Shown one piece after another: positions 9,742-19,199 of a stretch of DNA of 56,472 bases. This stretch comes from a virus. Taxonomy: Duplodnaviria > Caudoviricetes. The DNA lies in IMG/VR virus record IMGVR_UViG_3300032006_000007, positions 1 to 56,472 of that record, one strand, 5' to 3'. The position numbers and the translations under genes were made by a program. Below the pieces are notes generated by a model, which saw nothing but the letters and a program-made list of their open reading frames with translations, made no database searches and was not told the DNA's origin. The stretch's first letter is position 1. Each line of letters begins with the position of its first letter.

Positions 9742-9856
9742 ATGTACTACGTGCTGGAAGAAATTCGAGCCAACTGATATGTGTACGTATAATGGTAAGC
9801 CTACGTGCTCAAAATGTAGTGCAAAGTTTATAAAGTATAACTTCGGTAAAAGATAG
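9725..9856 (+). CDS. 43-aa Zn-finger microprotein (TTG start; not in ORF track)
   Basis: CTTC...CSKC; GAGGT upstream; fills the gap exactly. Confidence 0.55.
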   Translation: MDVPNRCTTCWKKFEPTDMCTYNGKPTCSKCSAKFIKYNFGKR

Positions 9857-9857
9857 T

Positions 9858-10088
9858 ATGGCTGAAGAAGAAACCATTAGTCCTAGATGGGATAACATAG
9901 TGAGTATGTATGATGACCTAGATAGTCTGGTTGGTAAATATGTGGCTGAAAAAGAAATGAATTATCTTGAAGTTGAATGTGCATTAATGATGTTAAGAGA
10001 AAAGATAACTGAAAGTAAGGTTGGTCTTTTAATTGATGCAAAGAAATCAACTGATGATAAAGAAAAGACTAGTGATATCTATAAATAA
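9858..10088 (+). CDS. hypothetical protein
   Basis: 76-aa ORF, TTTATAAA upstream. Confidence 0.7.
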   Translation: MAEEETISPRWDNIVSMYDDLDSLVGKYVAEKEMNYLEVECALMMLREKITESKVGLLIDAKKSTDDKEKTSDIYK

Positions 10089-10496
10089 CTAAAGTAATTT
10101 TGAGTCTTTAAGACACGCAATTAATTCTTGTCTACTCTCTTTAGTGTTTTCTTCTAAGAAAATATTAGGACATTCATTATACCAAACATCTACAACTTTA
10201 CATTTGTTCCACTCAAGCATTTGTTTCTGTATGATATCTACATCATCAGTTCTCTTGCCTTTATGATGTCTATCTTGAACTCTTACTACTATCTTATCAC
10301 CACTTGCTTCGAAGATAACAATATCTAATGTTTCTTTCATCTGTCTTTCTCCAAGTGTGTCTTTAAATTCATCAGACATTAATGTATAAAACTTTACTTG
10401 TCTTTTAATACTAGCTGATGGATATAACTCTGTTAGTATATCGAAACAGGTGTCCTCTCCACTACCAATGTATTCTTTGTTGCTTGTTATACGCAC
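10089..10496 (-). CDS. PD-(D/E)XK endonuclease, DUF559/Vsr-like
   Basis: LDIVI...VRVQDRHH...D..QK..LE...KVVDVW; TATA at about 10518-10525. Confidence 0.6.
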   Translation of the reverse strand: MRITSNKEYIGSGEDTCFDILTELYPSASIKRQVKFYTLMSDEFKDTLGERQMKETLDIVIFEASGDKIVVRVQDRHHKGKRTDDVDIIQKQMLEWNKCKVVDVWYNECPNIFLEENTKESRQELIACLKDSKLL

Positions 10497-10558
10497 AGTA
10501 GTAGTTAAAACCTGTCCTATATAAACCTTAAACTTTATATGCTAATATATATTCAACA

Positions 10559-10912
10559 TTATATTGGACTTTCATAATCTCTGGTCAACACTTCCCAAGT
10601 TCTTTCTCCTTTTCGTTTAACATTAATTACTAATACTTTAAGACTATGTTTATCTTGTAAGAAATCTATGATAGGTTGTTTACTAGCCCACGCATTTGTT
10701 TTGATCTGTATCAGTATTAAATTACCCCCCTTATCAAAACAGATACCATCAAATAGATTCCATAAATCTAAAGCTCTGTACCATTGACCTACTGTGTATA
10801 CTAAGTCTTGTCTTTTAGTGTGAGCCTTTAACCATATCTCATCATAACCATTTTCTAATAACCAATTAACTGCTTTCCTATTACTGAAACGCATTCGTTG
10901 TCTTGGATTCAT
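10559..10912 (-). CDS. Holliday junction resolvase-like PD-(D/E)XK nuclease
   Basis: WLLENGY...LFDGIC...LIQIKT; Hjc-like size; next to RadA. Confidence 0.65.
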   Translation of the reverse strand: MNPRQRMRFSNRKAVNWLLENGYDEIWLKAHTKRQDLVYTVGQWYRALDLWNLFDGICFDKGGNLILIQIKTNAWASKQPIIDFLQDKHSLKVLVINVKRKGERTWEVLTRDYESPI

Positions 10913-10923
10913 AAGAGTTAATC

Positions 10924-10993
10924 AGTAGGCATCAATGCCGGAAAAACGTGAAACCGTGTCAGGCTTTTTAATATAACCTGAATCTAGCCTACT
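10924..10993 (-). ncRNA. candidate structured RNA / 5' leader (three-way junction)
   Basis: Closing stem AGTAGGC/GCCTACT, hairpins TCAGG/CCTGA and CGG/CCG; TTAAATAT about 25 nt upstream on the minus strand. Confidence 0.4.
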
Positions 10994-11024
10994 AACTTTT
11001 AGAATGTAAGGTGACATATTTAAG

Positions 11025-12035
11025 TCATTCCTCAACATCTTGAATGCCTCTTTCCCCTAGAGTGAACTCTGCATCAGCCATTGGATGTTCTGGAGAATCA
11101 ACCATTCTGGCAATGCGTTTCCTACCTGACTTCTTAAAGTACATACGGTAAGTGGAAGCGTGACCTACAATGTTACCACCTATTGGTTTCACTGGATCAC
11201 CAAACATAATACTTGGATCACTTTGTACTTGGTTTGTAAACAACACAGTACAGTTAAAGAAGTATGATATGTTTTTGATATGTGTCATGAGTCTTGCTAT
11301 TTGATTTTGTCTTTCAGCAAGTGTACCTCTGCCTAGATACTCTTCTCTGAATTGACCTATTGAACCATCAATGATTACTATTCTAGGGTGTTTCTCTTGT
11401 AGTGTTTTGGATAATCCATTAATAGTTCCCATTAGATGTTCAGTATTAGGTGTATAGAAATATGTTATTTGGTCTAAGAATTTCTTAGAGTCATCAGAGT
11501 CTACAGCATATCCTCTAGCCTGTAGTATCTCTTGTATTCTTCTTGGTTTAAATGTATCTTCACAGTCTATCCATACTACATTACCACCATCTTTGATAGT
11601 TTCAACAGTTAGACTGTTACAGAATTGAGTTTTACCTGAGCCGAATTCTCCATAGACTTCATAGACTGCTTCTGGTACAACGCCACCACCAATCAACTCA
11701 TCAACTGCTTCACATTTTGAAGGTATTCTATGATAGTTTTCTTGGTATTCCATTAATTCAGTTACTGACATTGTAGTATCTCTAACTAACCCTGCTTGTT
11801 CTAGTATTCTTTGTGCTTCAAATACCCATGCATCTGCTTTTGACTTAGCAGTTCCAGTAATCTCTACTATCTCACGAGAACCTCTTACACATAAATCAAT
11901 TAAACTTGTTACTCCAAACCCGTTGAGTTTTTTTTCCGAAACTGCACCAAGTCCGGCAAGTTGAGAAAGACTTAAGTCAACTTCAGGTTTTGGTTCTTCA
12001 ACTTCAACAGGTGTTTCTATTTCTTCTTCACTCAT
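11025..12035 (-). CDS. radA: DNA repair and recombination protein RadA
   Basis: N-terminal HhH domain, Walker A GEFGSGKT, FREEYLGRGTLAERQ, KPIGGNIVGH, RIARMVDSP. Confidence 0.95.
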   Translation of the reverse strand: MSEEEIETPVEVEEPKPEVDLSLSQLAGLGAVSEKKLNGFGVTSLIDLCVRGSREIVEITGTAKSKADAWVFEAQRILEQAGLVRDTTMSVTELMEYQENYHRIPSKCEAVDELIGGGVVPEAVYEVYGEFGSGKTQFCNSLTVETIKDGGNVVWIDCEDTFKPRRIQEILQARGYAVDSDDSKKFLDQITYFYTPNTEHLMGTINGLSKTLQEKHPRIVIIDGSIGQFREEYLGRGTLAERQNQIARLMTHIKNISYFFNCTVLFTNQVQSDPSIMFGDPVKPIGGNIVGHASTYRMYFKKSGRKRIARMVDSPEHPMADAEFTLGERGIQDVEE

Positions 12036-12343
12036 TTGTTTTCATCCCTTGTTTTATAATCCATAAAATCCATAGGTTTGTTTTTATTAGCCCCCTTATT
12101 AAATGTTTGTTTTTCCTCTTTCTTATCTTCTTCTTCTGTACCCTTCTGGTCAAAGTAATTAAACTTATCAATATTTTGTGTGTAATGATTATCAATATAT
12201 TGTTTACCTGTATTAATTAAAGGTGTGTCTTTATTCATTATTAAATCAATTATATACCAAACCATTATTACTATACCAACAGGTAATAAAAAGCCAGAGC
12301 ATATACAAGCACAAGCAATGAATATCCACCATCTACTTGCCAA
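12032..12343 (-). CDS. membrane protein
   Basis: N-terminal hydrophobic hairpin, charged tail. Confidence 0.7.
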   Translation of the reverse strand: MASRWWIFIACACICSGFLLPVGIVIMVWYIIDLIMNKDTPLINTGKQYIDNHYTQNIDKFNYFDQKGTEEEDKKEEKQTFNKGANKNKPMDFMDYKTRDENK

Positions 12344-12971
12344 GTATTATCTCCAAGATATCTCTAAGTGTTTTTAATATATCAAGTCTAAGTTCTAAGT
12401 TCTTAAACTCATCTTCTACTGTATATGTAGTTCTTAATGTATGACTATCTTGTGTGATGTAAATCTTATGTTCTCCTTTTTCATCAGGGTTTAGTTTTGT
12501 TTCAAAGTCACCATTACTATCAGGTGTAATGACTTTGTTTGTTACTTCATTAGAAGGTGATACAACTGTTACTGCTACAGGTATGTCAGGTTCTACTTTA
12601 CCTTGTATAATATTATCTTCTACAATAATCTCTTGTTGTGTTAATTGTTTTTCTTTGATAACTATTGTTCCATTGTTAGTATCTGTTACCCACTCATAAG
12701 CACCATAATCATATGGAAAATTACCTGTCCATGTTCCATTAGTACTTATACTTGTACTAAATACCCCACCTGTATGACGAAGATTAATGGTTGAATTAGT
12801 AAAGTTTTCTAAAAATATAACATCATTCTGTTCTATCTCTAAGTAGTTAGGTAGTGTGTTAGTAAAGTTATATTGTTCACCAAATGCTTCACCTATTAAT
12901 ACTGTACTGAAAGCAACTATTGCTATTACTAATATTATCTTAGTATCTAATTCCATTATGTTCTTCTCCAA
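12333..12971 (-). CDS. secreted/surface protein (cupredoxin-like plus Ig-like domains)
   Basis: Signal peptide ending AFG; beta-rich; TVVSPS...TPDSNGDF as in thaumarchaeal surface proteins. Probable start 12956. Confidence 0.55.
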   Translation of the reverse strand: MEKNIMELDTKIILVIAIVAFSTVLIGEAFGEQYNFTNTLPNYLEIEQNDVIFLENFTNSTINLRHTGGVFSTSISTNGTWTGNFPYDYGAYEWVTDTNNGTIVIKEKQLTQQEIIVEDNIIQGKVEPDIPVAVTVVSPSNEVTNKVITPDSNGDFETKLNPDEKGEHKIYITQDSHTLRTTYTVEDEFKNLELRLDILKTLRDILEIILGK

Positions 12972-14935
12972 GTACCATCCTTATTCATCTTTATTTTATT
13001 CTGTTGTTCCCATTGACCAAAGTATCTTGATGCTGAGTTCTCATCAAACTTTGGTGCTTCTGTTAATTCTTTCAAGAATTTTTCAGACTTTACATTACCT
13101 TTATCATCTGCTACTTTATACCAAACACTCAAAGCGATTCTTTCTTTGGTGTCTTTTGTCTTAAGTCCGTCTAAGAATGTCTGATTAAATCCACCTTTGT
13201 TTAAGTCAAGTCCAAATGAATCAAGTGAGTCACTTAGAATCTTTTGTATTGCATCCACATCTTCAGGTAACACATGACTTCTTAACATAAGTTTAGCGTG
13301 TGCTGTTGACATTCTTACTATTGCTTCTAGTTGTCTTACACCCACAGGTAGTTTCTGTTGTTGTTCTTCTCTACCTAACTCTCTAAGTTTCTCATATAAT
13401 TTTAATATTCTTTCTACTGTTTCATCATTTAATACAGGTTCTAATTCTCTACAATAATTTAATACTGACATTAGTTCTGTATCAGTTAAGTATGTATTAT
13501 AATCTTTACTATCATTTTTCTTAAATGATTCAATAATATGTTTAGCCTTTGCTCTATCTTTATCTCTATGAACATCATCTAAGAATAACCAAATGATATC
13601 AAATCTAGATATTAATGGAGATGGTATCTCAAGGTTGTCACCTAAAGATTGGTCTGAATCATACTTACCAAACTTTGGATTTGCTGCTGCAAGTATAGTT
13701 GCTTCTGCTGGTAGTGTCATCTTAGTACCTGCCTTGGCAATAGATACTGTTTGTTGTTCCATTGCTTCATGCATTGAAGATCTATCTTCCCTACCCATTT
13801 TATCAAACTCATCTATTAATGCAAAACCACCACTACATAATGGTAACACACCTGCTTGTGCCACTTGTGTACCGTTTGGTAATTTAACCATACCTATTGT
13901 AAGTCCGGCTGCTGTTGCTCCTTTACCTGATGTGTATAGAGATTTCTGTGTAATCTTCTTTGCTGATTTTAGAATCTCAGACTTTGCCATTGAAGGATCA
14001 CCTACCATTAGCATATGAATATCACCTCTCTTCTTAGAGTTGTTTGAACCACCAAGTAATGATAGTAAAACAGATTCTTTTATTTCACTGTAACCAAATA
14101 TGTGAGGAGCAAATGAGTTTACTATTTCAGACTTGTATTCATCTGGTTCCTTTTCAGACTTTAACTTTAACTTTGATATTGTTTCTTCATCTGGTTTAAT
14201 GAGTTCAGTTTCTTCCAAGTCCTCAATGCTAGCAACGTCAATAAGTATCTCATTCTCGTTTGTCTTGTAATCTATAATACTTCTAAATATACCTGTTATT
14301 CTTTTAGGTTGTCCAATGAATACTGTACCTACATTAGTTCCTATAATCTTACCCATTAATATTACAGGGCTATGGTTCTTTGCTTTATCCATAGGCTCTT
14401 GCATTAACAGAGTCTGTATATCATCAGTGACTACTCTTGAAGAATCTAGTTTCATCTTTGCTAGTTTACAAGAAGGCGTGGTGCATCTTGGTATATTGAT
14501 TTCTCTATCTTGGTTTGCTACACACTCTTCTTCATTACCACAAAGAACACACACAGCCACACCTCTCTTTACATAAGTCTTTGGAGGTTCTGCTGCGATT
14601 ACTGTACAATCAAATGTGATTGTCTTACCTTCATGTTCCCTTGAAGTTATGTCATGCATATTAATTATTGTTGAACCTGTCAATTCAATTCTTAAATTTC
14701 TATAAGTCTTTAAAGCACTACTACCTTTCTTATCTGCTATCACTTTGATAACTGCATCAAATAAATATGTCATGAAATTCTTACCTGTTTCAACATAGAT
14801 ATCAATTATCTTTTCATTACTAATATCTAAAACATATGTACTGTTAGGTCTTAATGCATCAATAACTTCTGTGTGTTTTGGTGATGATAGTATTTCATAT
14901 AACTCGTCTGTATAATATGAAGGTGTTGCATTCAT
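12956..14935 (-). CDS. mcm: MCM replicative helicase
   Basis: C4 Zn finger, Walker A GDPSMAKS, Walker B IDEFDKM, HEAMEQQTVSIAKAG, SRFD arginine finger. Confidence 0.95.
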   Translation of the reverse strand: MNATPSYYTDELYEILSSPKHTEVIDALRPNSTYVLDISNEKIIDIYVETGKNFMTYLFDAVIKVIADKKGSSALKTYRNLRIELTGSTIINMHDITSREHEGKTITFDCTVIAAEPPKTYVKRGVAVCVLCGNEEECVANQDREINIPRCTTPSCKLAKMKLDSSRVVTDDIQTLLMQEPMDKAKNHSPVILMGKIIGTNVGTVFIGQPKRITGIFRSIIDYKTNENEILIDVASIEDLEETELIKPDEETISKLKLKSEKEPDEYKSEIVNSFAPHIFGYSEIKESVLLSLLGGSNNSKKRGDIHMLMVGDPSMAKSEILKSAKKITQKSLYTSGKGATAAGLTIGMVKLPNGTQVAQAGVLPLCSGGFALIDEFDKMGREDRSSMHEAMEQQTVSIAKAGTKMTLPAEATILAAANPKFGKYDSDQSLGDNLEIPSPLISRFDIIWLFLDDVHRDKDRAKAKHIIESFKKNDSKDYNTYLTDTELMSVLNYCRELEPVLNDETVERILKLYEKLRELGREEQQQKLPVGVRQLEAIVRMSTAHAKLMLRSHVLPEDVDAIQKILSDSLDSFGLDLNKGGFNQTFLDGLKTKDTKERIALSVWYKVADDKGNVKSEKFLKELTEAPKFDENSASRYFGQWEQQNKIKMNKDGTWRRT

Positions 14936-15255
14936 TTCATTAGTACCTCTTCTCTTTGTCTGACTAAGTTCTCTAACTGGATAAGTCTGTCTTGAATTTC
15001 TTCAAGTCTACCACTATCTGATTTCATAATAAGTTCTCTCCATACAGTAATGTCTGAATAGAAACTAGGTACTACTTTCTTTTCTGAATCAAAGTCATCA
15101 ATCTTCATGTTGTTTGGATCATGATTCTTTATGTATTCATTAGAAGCGATAGCAATCATTTCACTAAATGATATGTTATTAGGTCTAAGTTCATTAAGTC
15201 TATCTAGGATAGGCTCACTAGTTTTTGATACTGAAATTGTTTTAATTTTTGCCAT
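14932..15255 (-). CDS. putative ribbon-helix-helix DNA-binding protein
   Basis: KIKTISVS strand followed by helices; coupled to mcm. Confidence 0.5.
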   Translation of the reverse strand: MAKIKTISVSKTSEPILDRLNELRPNNISFSEMIAIASNEYIKNHDPNNMKIDDFDSEKKVVPSFYSDITVWRELIMKSDSGRLEEIQDRLIQLENLVRQREEVLMK

Positions 15256-15261
15256 AGTGTA

Positions 15262-15288
15262 TAGAAATAGTTACCCAATATAAACCTA
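15262..15288 (-). promoter_or_regulatory. TATA promoter with conserved 27-bp element (copy 1)
   Basis: tagaaatagttacccaatataaaccta; 25/27 identical to 17576-17602. Confidence 0.7.
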
Positions 15289-15296
15289 ACTCGTGG

Positions 15297-15372
15297 TAAA
15301 ATGAAAGTGATAATAAAAATAAAAATGTTATATAAGTTAAATAATATAACTTAAATAACTTATTTAATTATT
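15297..15372. other. extremely AT-rich element with AAGTTA/TAACTT repeats, candidate replication origin
   Basis: Nearly pure A/T; ataagtta..ataactta..ataactta; upstream of the mcm operon. Confidence 0.35.
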
Positions 15373-15499
15373 TTGAAACTTCGAACCAAGTCTTAACGCC
15401 TTGTGATTCTATCTCCTTTACCATAGGAAATAACTTATCAATATGAACGCATGATTTCTTAATCTCTCCATCTCGTTTCCAACATATATTAACGAACAT
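15368..15499 (-). CDS. 43-aa hypothetical protein (not in ORF track)
   Basis: MFVNICWKRDGEIKKSCVH...; AGGAG SD and TTTATATA upstream. Confidence 0.6.
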   Translation of the reverse strand: MFVNICWKRDGEIKKSCVHIDKLFPMVKEIESQGVKTWFEVSK

Positions 15500-15572
15500 A
15501 AAGACTCCTAACAGAATGGTCTATATAAATTAACCTGAATATAAATCTGATTTATAAAAAGAAGAAGTCGGG

Positions 15573-15836
15573 TTATAATTTTGTGAATACTCTACACCTT
15601 GATGTAGATTTCTCAAATTTTATAGTGCCCATTTCGGAAGTTAGTTTACCTTCCTTTTCTAGTTGTGATAGAGCCATCAAAGCAGCACGTCTGTCAACAC
15701 CCATAGCCTTTGCAACTATAGAAGGTATTGTATTCTTACCTTTTGGTAGTGCATCGTAAACTCTTTCTCTAAAACTTTTACAAAGTTCCAAGTCTGAGTC
15801 TTCAAGTGTAATGAAGATCTGATTCTTCTTACTCAT
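15573..15836 (-). CDS. winged-helix protein
   Basis: VAKAMGVDRRAALMALSQLEKEGKL plus beta wing. Confidence 0.65.
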   Translation of the reverse strand: MSKKNQIFITLEDSDLELCKSFRERVYDALPKGKNTIPSIVAKAMGVDRRAALMALSQLEKEGKLTSEMGTIKFEKSTSRCRVFTKL

Positions 15837-16687
15837 TTTATATGCACCTGCTGTGGTTTGACACCAATATCTTTAATGAATTTGTCAACATAGATATCCC
15901 CATTAGGTTCTACTTGTGCTAGTACCATTCCAATGTCTGGAGTTGTGCCTGCAACACCACCACGGAAAAGGTGATAGTCAGCAAACTTCCATGCAGGGGT
16001 TATTATCCCATGCCTGTTAACACTTTCATGGTGCCAGAAGTAATGAACATGGCTTCTTACGACCACATCAATCTTACCTAATTTGTCATCTTCGAAGTGC
16101 ATATTAGCCATCTCTCTTGCTAGAGCAGTTGACCTATATGCCATGGACTTTGAATAACCTATATGATGTGAGAAGTTGAATACTTTACCATACACATTAA
16201 CCATAGCATAAGCATCAGTATAGCCAGAACCTCCCCATGGTTTAGCACGGATTGCTCCCATTCTATCTGCTAATATCTCTTCAATATTAGTGCCGTCTAC
16301 AGTTGTATGATAATTAGAACCTCTTACAAGTAGAACTTTATCTCTACTTATTAGACTGTCTAATTTCATGAAGTCTTGCATTCCATCTTCTAGGTTTGTA
16401 GTCCAAGATTGTTGCCCCAAATTCTTTTTGTTGGCTCCATCTACTGGTTCACCATTGTAGACCATCAAGTCAACTTTACCATACTTATCTTTTACATCTG
16501 CTGCAACATCTTTCCAAGCCTGATTCAAACCTTTCTGCAAACCTGTTAGTTTCATAGTTTGGTCTAACTCAGAGTTGTAAGGTGTGTCGGAACAGACAGC
16601 CATCCGTGACATATCATGTATGTCTGATGCCATAAGTACAGTCTTTGACGACTTACTTCTACCGGTGATTCCCTTTAGTCTACTCAT
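15833..16687 (-). CDS. calcineurin-like metallophosphoesterase
   Basis: SDIH, NGEPVDG, GSNYH, SHH, RSHVH. Confidence 0.8.
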   Translation of the reverse strand: MSRLKGITGRSKSSKTVLMASDIHDMSRMAVCSDTPYNSELDQTMKLTGLQKGLNQAWKDVAADVKDKYGKVDLMVYNGEPVDGANKKNLGQQSWTTNLEDGMQDFMKLDSLISRDKVLLVRGSNYHTTVDGTNIEEILADRMGAIRAKPWGGSGYTDAYAMVNVYGKVFNFSHHIGYSKSMAYRSTALAREMANMHFEDDKLGKIDVVVRSHVHYFWHHESVNRHGIITPAWKFADYHLFRGGVAGTTPDIGMVLAQVEPNGDIYVDKFIKDIGVKPQQVHIK

Positions 16688-16705
16688 TACCAGTCTGAGA
16701 AAACA

Positions 16706-17017
16706 TTACTCATATAAACCTTTGTATTCTTCAACTTCTGTTGACTTTGCTGTTTTTGCTTTCGCTTTTCTTTTTCTTAAAAACTCTGTAAATTGTTTTC
16801 TATGTTCATATGAATCTGACAAATGCCAAGGACAAGGTTCTGCTAAATTATATCTACCACCACATTCATTACATCCTTCTGTTGTACATTCTAACCATAT
16901 GTTTTTTAACTTAGAATTTACCTTATCTCTATAAGAGTATGTTGCATAGTAATTATAATCCTTTACATTTTTTGAGTATAGTTTCCACTTACCATTAGGT
17001 TGTTTCTGCCACTTCAT
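16706..17017 (-). CDS. hypothetical Zn-binding protein
   Basis: CNEC...CPWH; ATG at 17017 in a TAATG overlap. Confidence 0.6.
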   Translation of the reverse strand: MKWQKQPNGKWKLYSKNVKDYNYYATYSYRDKVNSKLKNIWLECTTEGCNECGGRYNLAEPCPWHLSDSYEHRKQFTEFLRKRKAKAKTAKSTEVEEYKGLYE

Positions 17018-17136
17018 TACCAAGTGCTCCCCTTATCAGAACAATCCATCTCTGCACCACAGTTAGGACATCTTAAATGACAAGCACTAAGTTCACCCAT
17101 CTCCCAATCACATCTCGGGCACTTTTGTTTTACCAT
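17017..17136 (-). CDS. 39-aa archaeal CPxCG-type zinc-finger microprotein (not in ORF track)
   Basis: MVKQKCPRCDWEMGELSACHLRCPNCGAEMDCSDKGSTW. Confidence 0.75.
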   Translation of the reverse strand: MVKQKCPRCDWEMGELSACHLRCPNCGAEMDCSDKGSTW

Positions 17137-17234
17137 GCTTACGTAATTTCTTCCTCATTAATATAAGTCTTTCGAAAATAGAATCAACATCATCACATTC
17201 TAATGCCATAATAAAAAAAAGAAGATTGAAGTAT

Positions 17235-17567
17235 TTATTGTTTTGGTGGGAACATAGAAAGTGCTAGCATGATTCTGCCTGTACCTTCAGCTTCCTTCTC
17301 AACAACATATACATCAAGTCCGTCAGATGCATCTTTCGATACACATTTCTCTACGACATCGTTCCAGTATTCAGATTTAGCTTGACCAATAACTGTTTTT
17401 CCAAAGGAATGTCTAAGTCCTTCAGTAGTTTTAATCTCTACTATATCTGAGCCTAGTGACTCAACGTGTCTAACGCTGAATCCTTGTACTGTGAATTTAT
17501 CTCCCGATTTAATAGCAACGCTATTCTGGAAAGAACCTTCAATGTCCACGACTTCTGATACGTTCAT
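17235..17567 (-). CDS. hypothetical beta-rich protein, possible OB-fold ssDNA-binding protein
   Basis: Own promoter shared with the mcm operon and a downstream T-tract. The function is inference only. Confidence 0.5.
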   Translation of the reverse strand: MNVSEVVDIEGSFQNSVAIKSGDKFTVQGFSVRHVESLGSDIVEIKTTEGLRHSFGKTVIGQAKSEYWNDVVEKCVSKDASDGLDVYVVEKEAEGTGRIMLALSMFPPKQ

Positions 17568-17575
17568 TGTATTAG

Positions 17576-17602
17576 TAGAAATAGATACCTAATATAAACC
17601 TA
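17576..17602 (-). promoter_or_regulatory. TATA promoter with conserved 27-bp element (copy 2)
   Basis: tagaaatagatacctaatataaaccta. Confidence 0.7.
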
Positions 17603-18007
17603 CTCTTTTGTCAAGTGACAAACAGATAATAGTTGGTCTGTAATTTTAGAACGGATTTGTCCAAAGGTATGTGTCTCCTCATCTAGTTTAGGGTACAACG
17701 ACTTTGTCATATGGTGTGCTGTTACAAGACATTGTAAAACCATTTCGGCACATTGTTTAACACCATCAGATACAGGCACATCTGGTATATCCATTTTCAA
17801 ATTAGTGTCTGGCTGAGTATTGAAACTACCTGTTTTTTTATCTTGTGGTTTCCATTCAGATACTTTACCACCTTGTTCATTGAAACATCTTTCTTCTGAA
17901 CAGATTGCTTTTGGTGTCTTTTGATAATATATCTTATCTCCGACCTTCCATTCAGAATCACAATACTGACAGGTTCCTTTGTATTTGGCGTTCATTATAG
18001 AGCCCAT
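17600..18007 (-). CDS. hypothetical protein with N-terminal Zn-binding motif
   Basis: AKYKGTCQYC...GDKIYY...CSEERC; own TATA. Confidence 0.7.
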   Translation of the reverse strand: MGSIMNAKYKGTCQYCDSEWKVGDKIYYQKTPKAICSEERCFNEQGGKVSEWKPQDKKTGSFNTQPDTNLKMDIPDVPVSDGVKQCAEMVLQCLVTAHHMTKSLYPKLDEETHTFGQIRSKITDQLLSVCHLTKE

Positions 18008-18055
18008 ATCTAATCATTAATATAGCCAAATATAAATCTTTATATTACATAAAAA

Positions 18056-18913
18056 TTGATAAAAAGAGTGAACATATTAAGAATAGTATCTATAGTATTG
18101 ATAGTATTTTCATTATGCACACTATCCACAGTATCTTTACTAAATGCTTATGCACAATATCCAGATGAGGGAAGTGATAGATATGAATATCTTGGTATAA
18201 GACATGATAAAAATCCACACGTTTGTTTGTTTGAACCAAACCCAACTTACATTGATTGGGATTATTGGTTAGAAGTAGAGAAGGTTTCTCATCAAGCCAT
18301 ACTTGATTGGCAAACAGAAATGACAGAATTTTTACCAGAAGGAGATTGGACTTTAACTATACATTCAACGGTTCCTTACGTTGAACATTGGAATAAAATC
18401 CCTGATGATTATAGGCATTGTAATATTTTCTTAACGTTTGAAGCATGGAATGATGATGAAGATAAGGCTTTAGGTTATACAGGTATTGATTTTTCTAAGA
18501 GTTCTCATAAATTTACATTCATAGTTGTGTTCTTACAAGCAGTAAACAACACTGCTTTATCATTGAATTTTGGTGATGGTTATAAAGATCCAGAATCAGG
18601 TTTGACCAAGTTTGAAATAAATCTTGAAAGACAACCTCTACCAATTCAAACTGTATATAATATAGTCCTACATGAATTAGGTCATGGATTAGGATTAGGT
18701 CATTATGAATCTGCTTATCCAAACGGTCTTGAACGTTCTACTATGACACCAAGTTTAAAACCATTTTCAGATGATGCATTTGGAATTAAAATTACAGATA
18801 AATTTATGCTTGGATATCTTTATGGCACAGACGGTTATGGTAAACCACAGCCAATATGGATAGATGACTATTGTTTGTTTGAACATGGCATAAAAGTGAT
18901 TGGTTGTTATTAA
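18056..18913 (+). CDS. secreted matrixin-family (metzincin) zinc metalloprotease
   Basis: Signal peptide ending AYA; HELGHGLGLGH; Met-turn STMTP. Confidence 0.85.
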   Translation: MIKRVNILRIVSIVLIVFSLCTLSTVSLLNAYAQYPDEGSDRYEYLGIRHDKNPHVCLFEPNPTYIDWDYWLEVEKVSHQAILDWQTEMTEFLPEGDWTLTIHSTVPYVEHWNKIPDDYRHCNIFLTFEAWNDDEDKALGYTGIDFSKSSHKFTFIVVFLQAVNNTALSLNFGDGYKDPESGLTKFEINLERQPLPIQTVYNIVLHELGHGLGLGHYESAYPNGLERSTMTPSLKPFSDDAFGIKITDKFMLGYLYGTDGYGKPQPIWIDDYCLFEHGIKVIGCY

Positions 18914-18944
18914 GACTTATATATGTGTAGTTTTATAGGTTGAT

Positions 18945-19199
18945 ATGGCACGAAGAAAAGTTGGTAATTCACACACCACAATAAGTGTACGTTGGGAAGA
19001 TAAAGAAAAACTTAGACGACACGCCAAACTAGTTAAGAAAACAAAGAATGGTGATATGTATGAAAGTGATTCAGTTTTATTCCAAAGGATATTAGATTAT
19101 TACAACGAAAATAATCCTACATCAGAGAGCCCAAAGGCTACATATCCTCAAGGACAAACCCAGCAAAATTCCTCTCCCGAGGAACCCACTTCAGTTTAA
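18945..19199 (+). CDS. putative RHH-type DNA-binding protein
   Basis: HTTISVRWEDKEKLRR; TTATATAT about 25 nt upstream. Confidence 0.6.
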   Translation: MARRKVGNSHTTISVRWEDKEKLRRHAKLVKKTKNGDMYESDSVLFQRILDYYNENNPTSESPKATYPQGQTQQNSSPEEPTSV

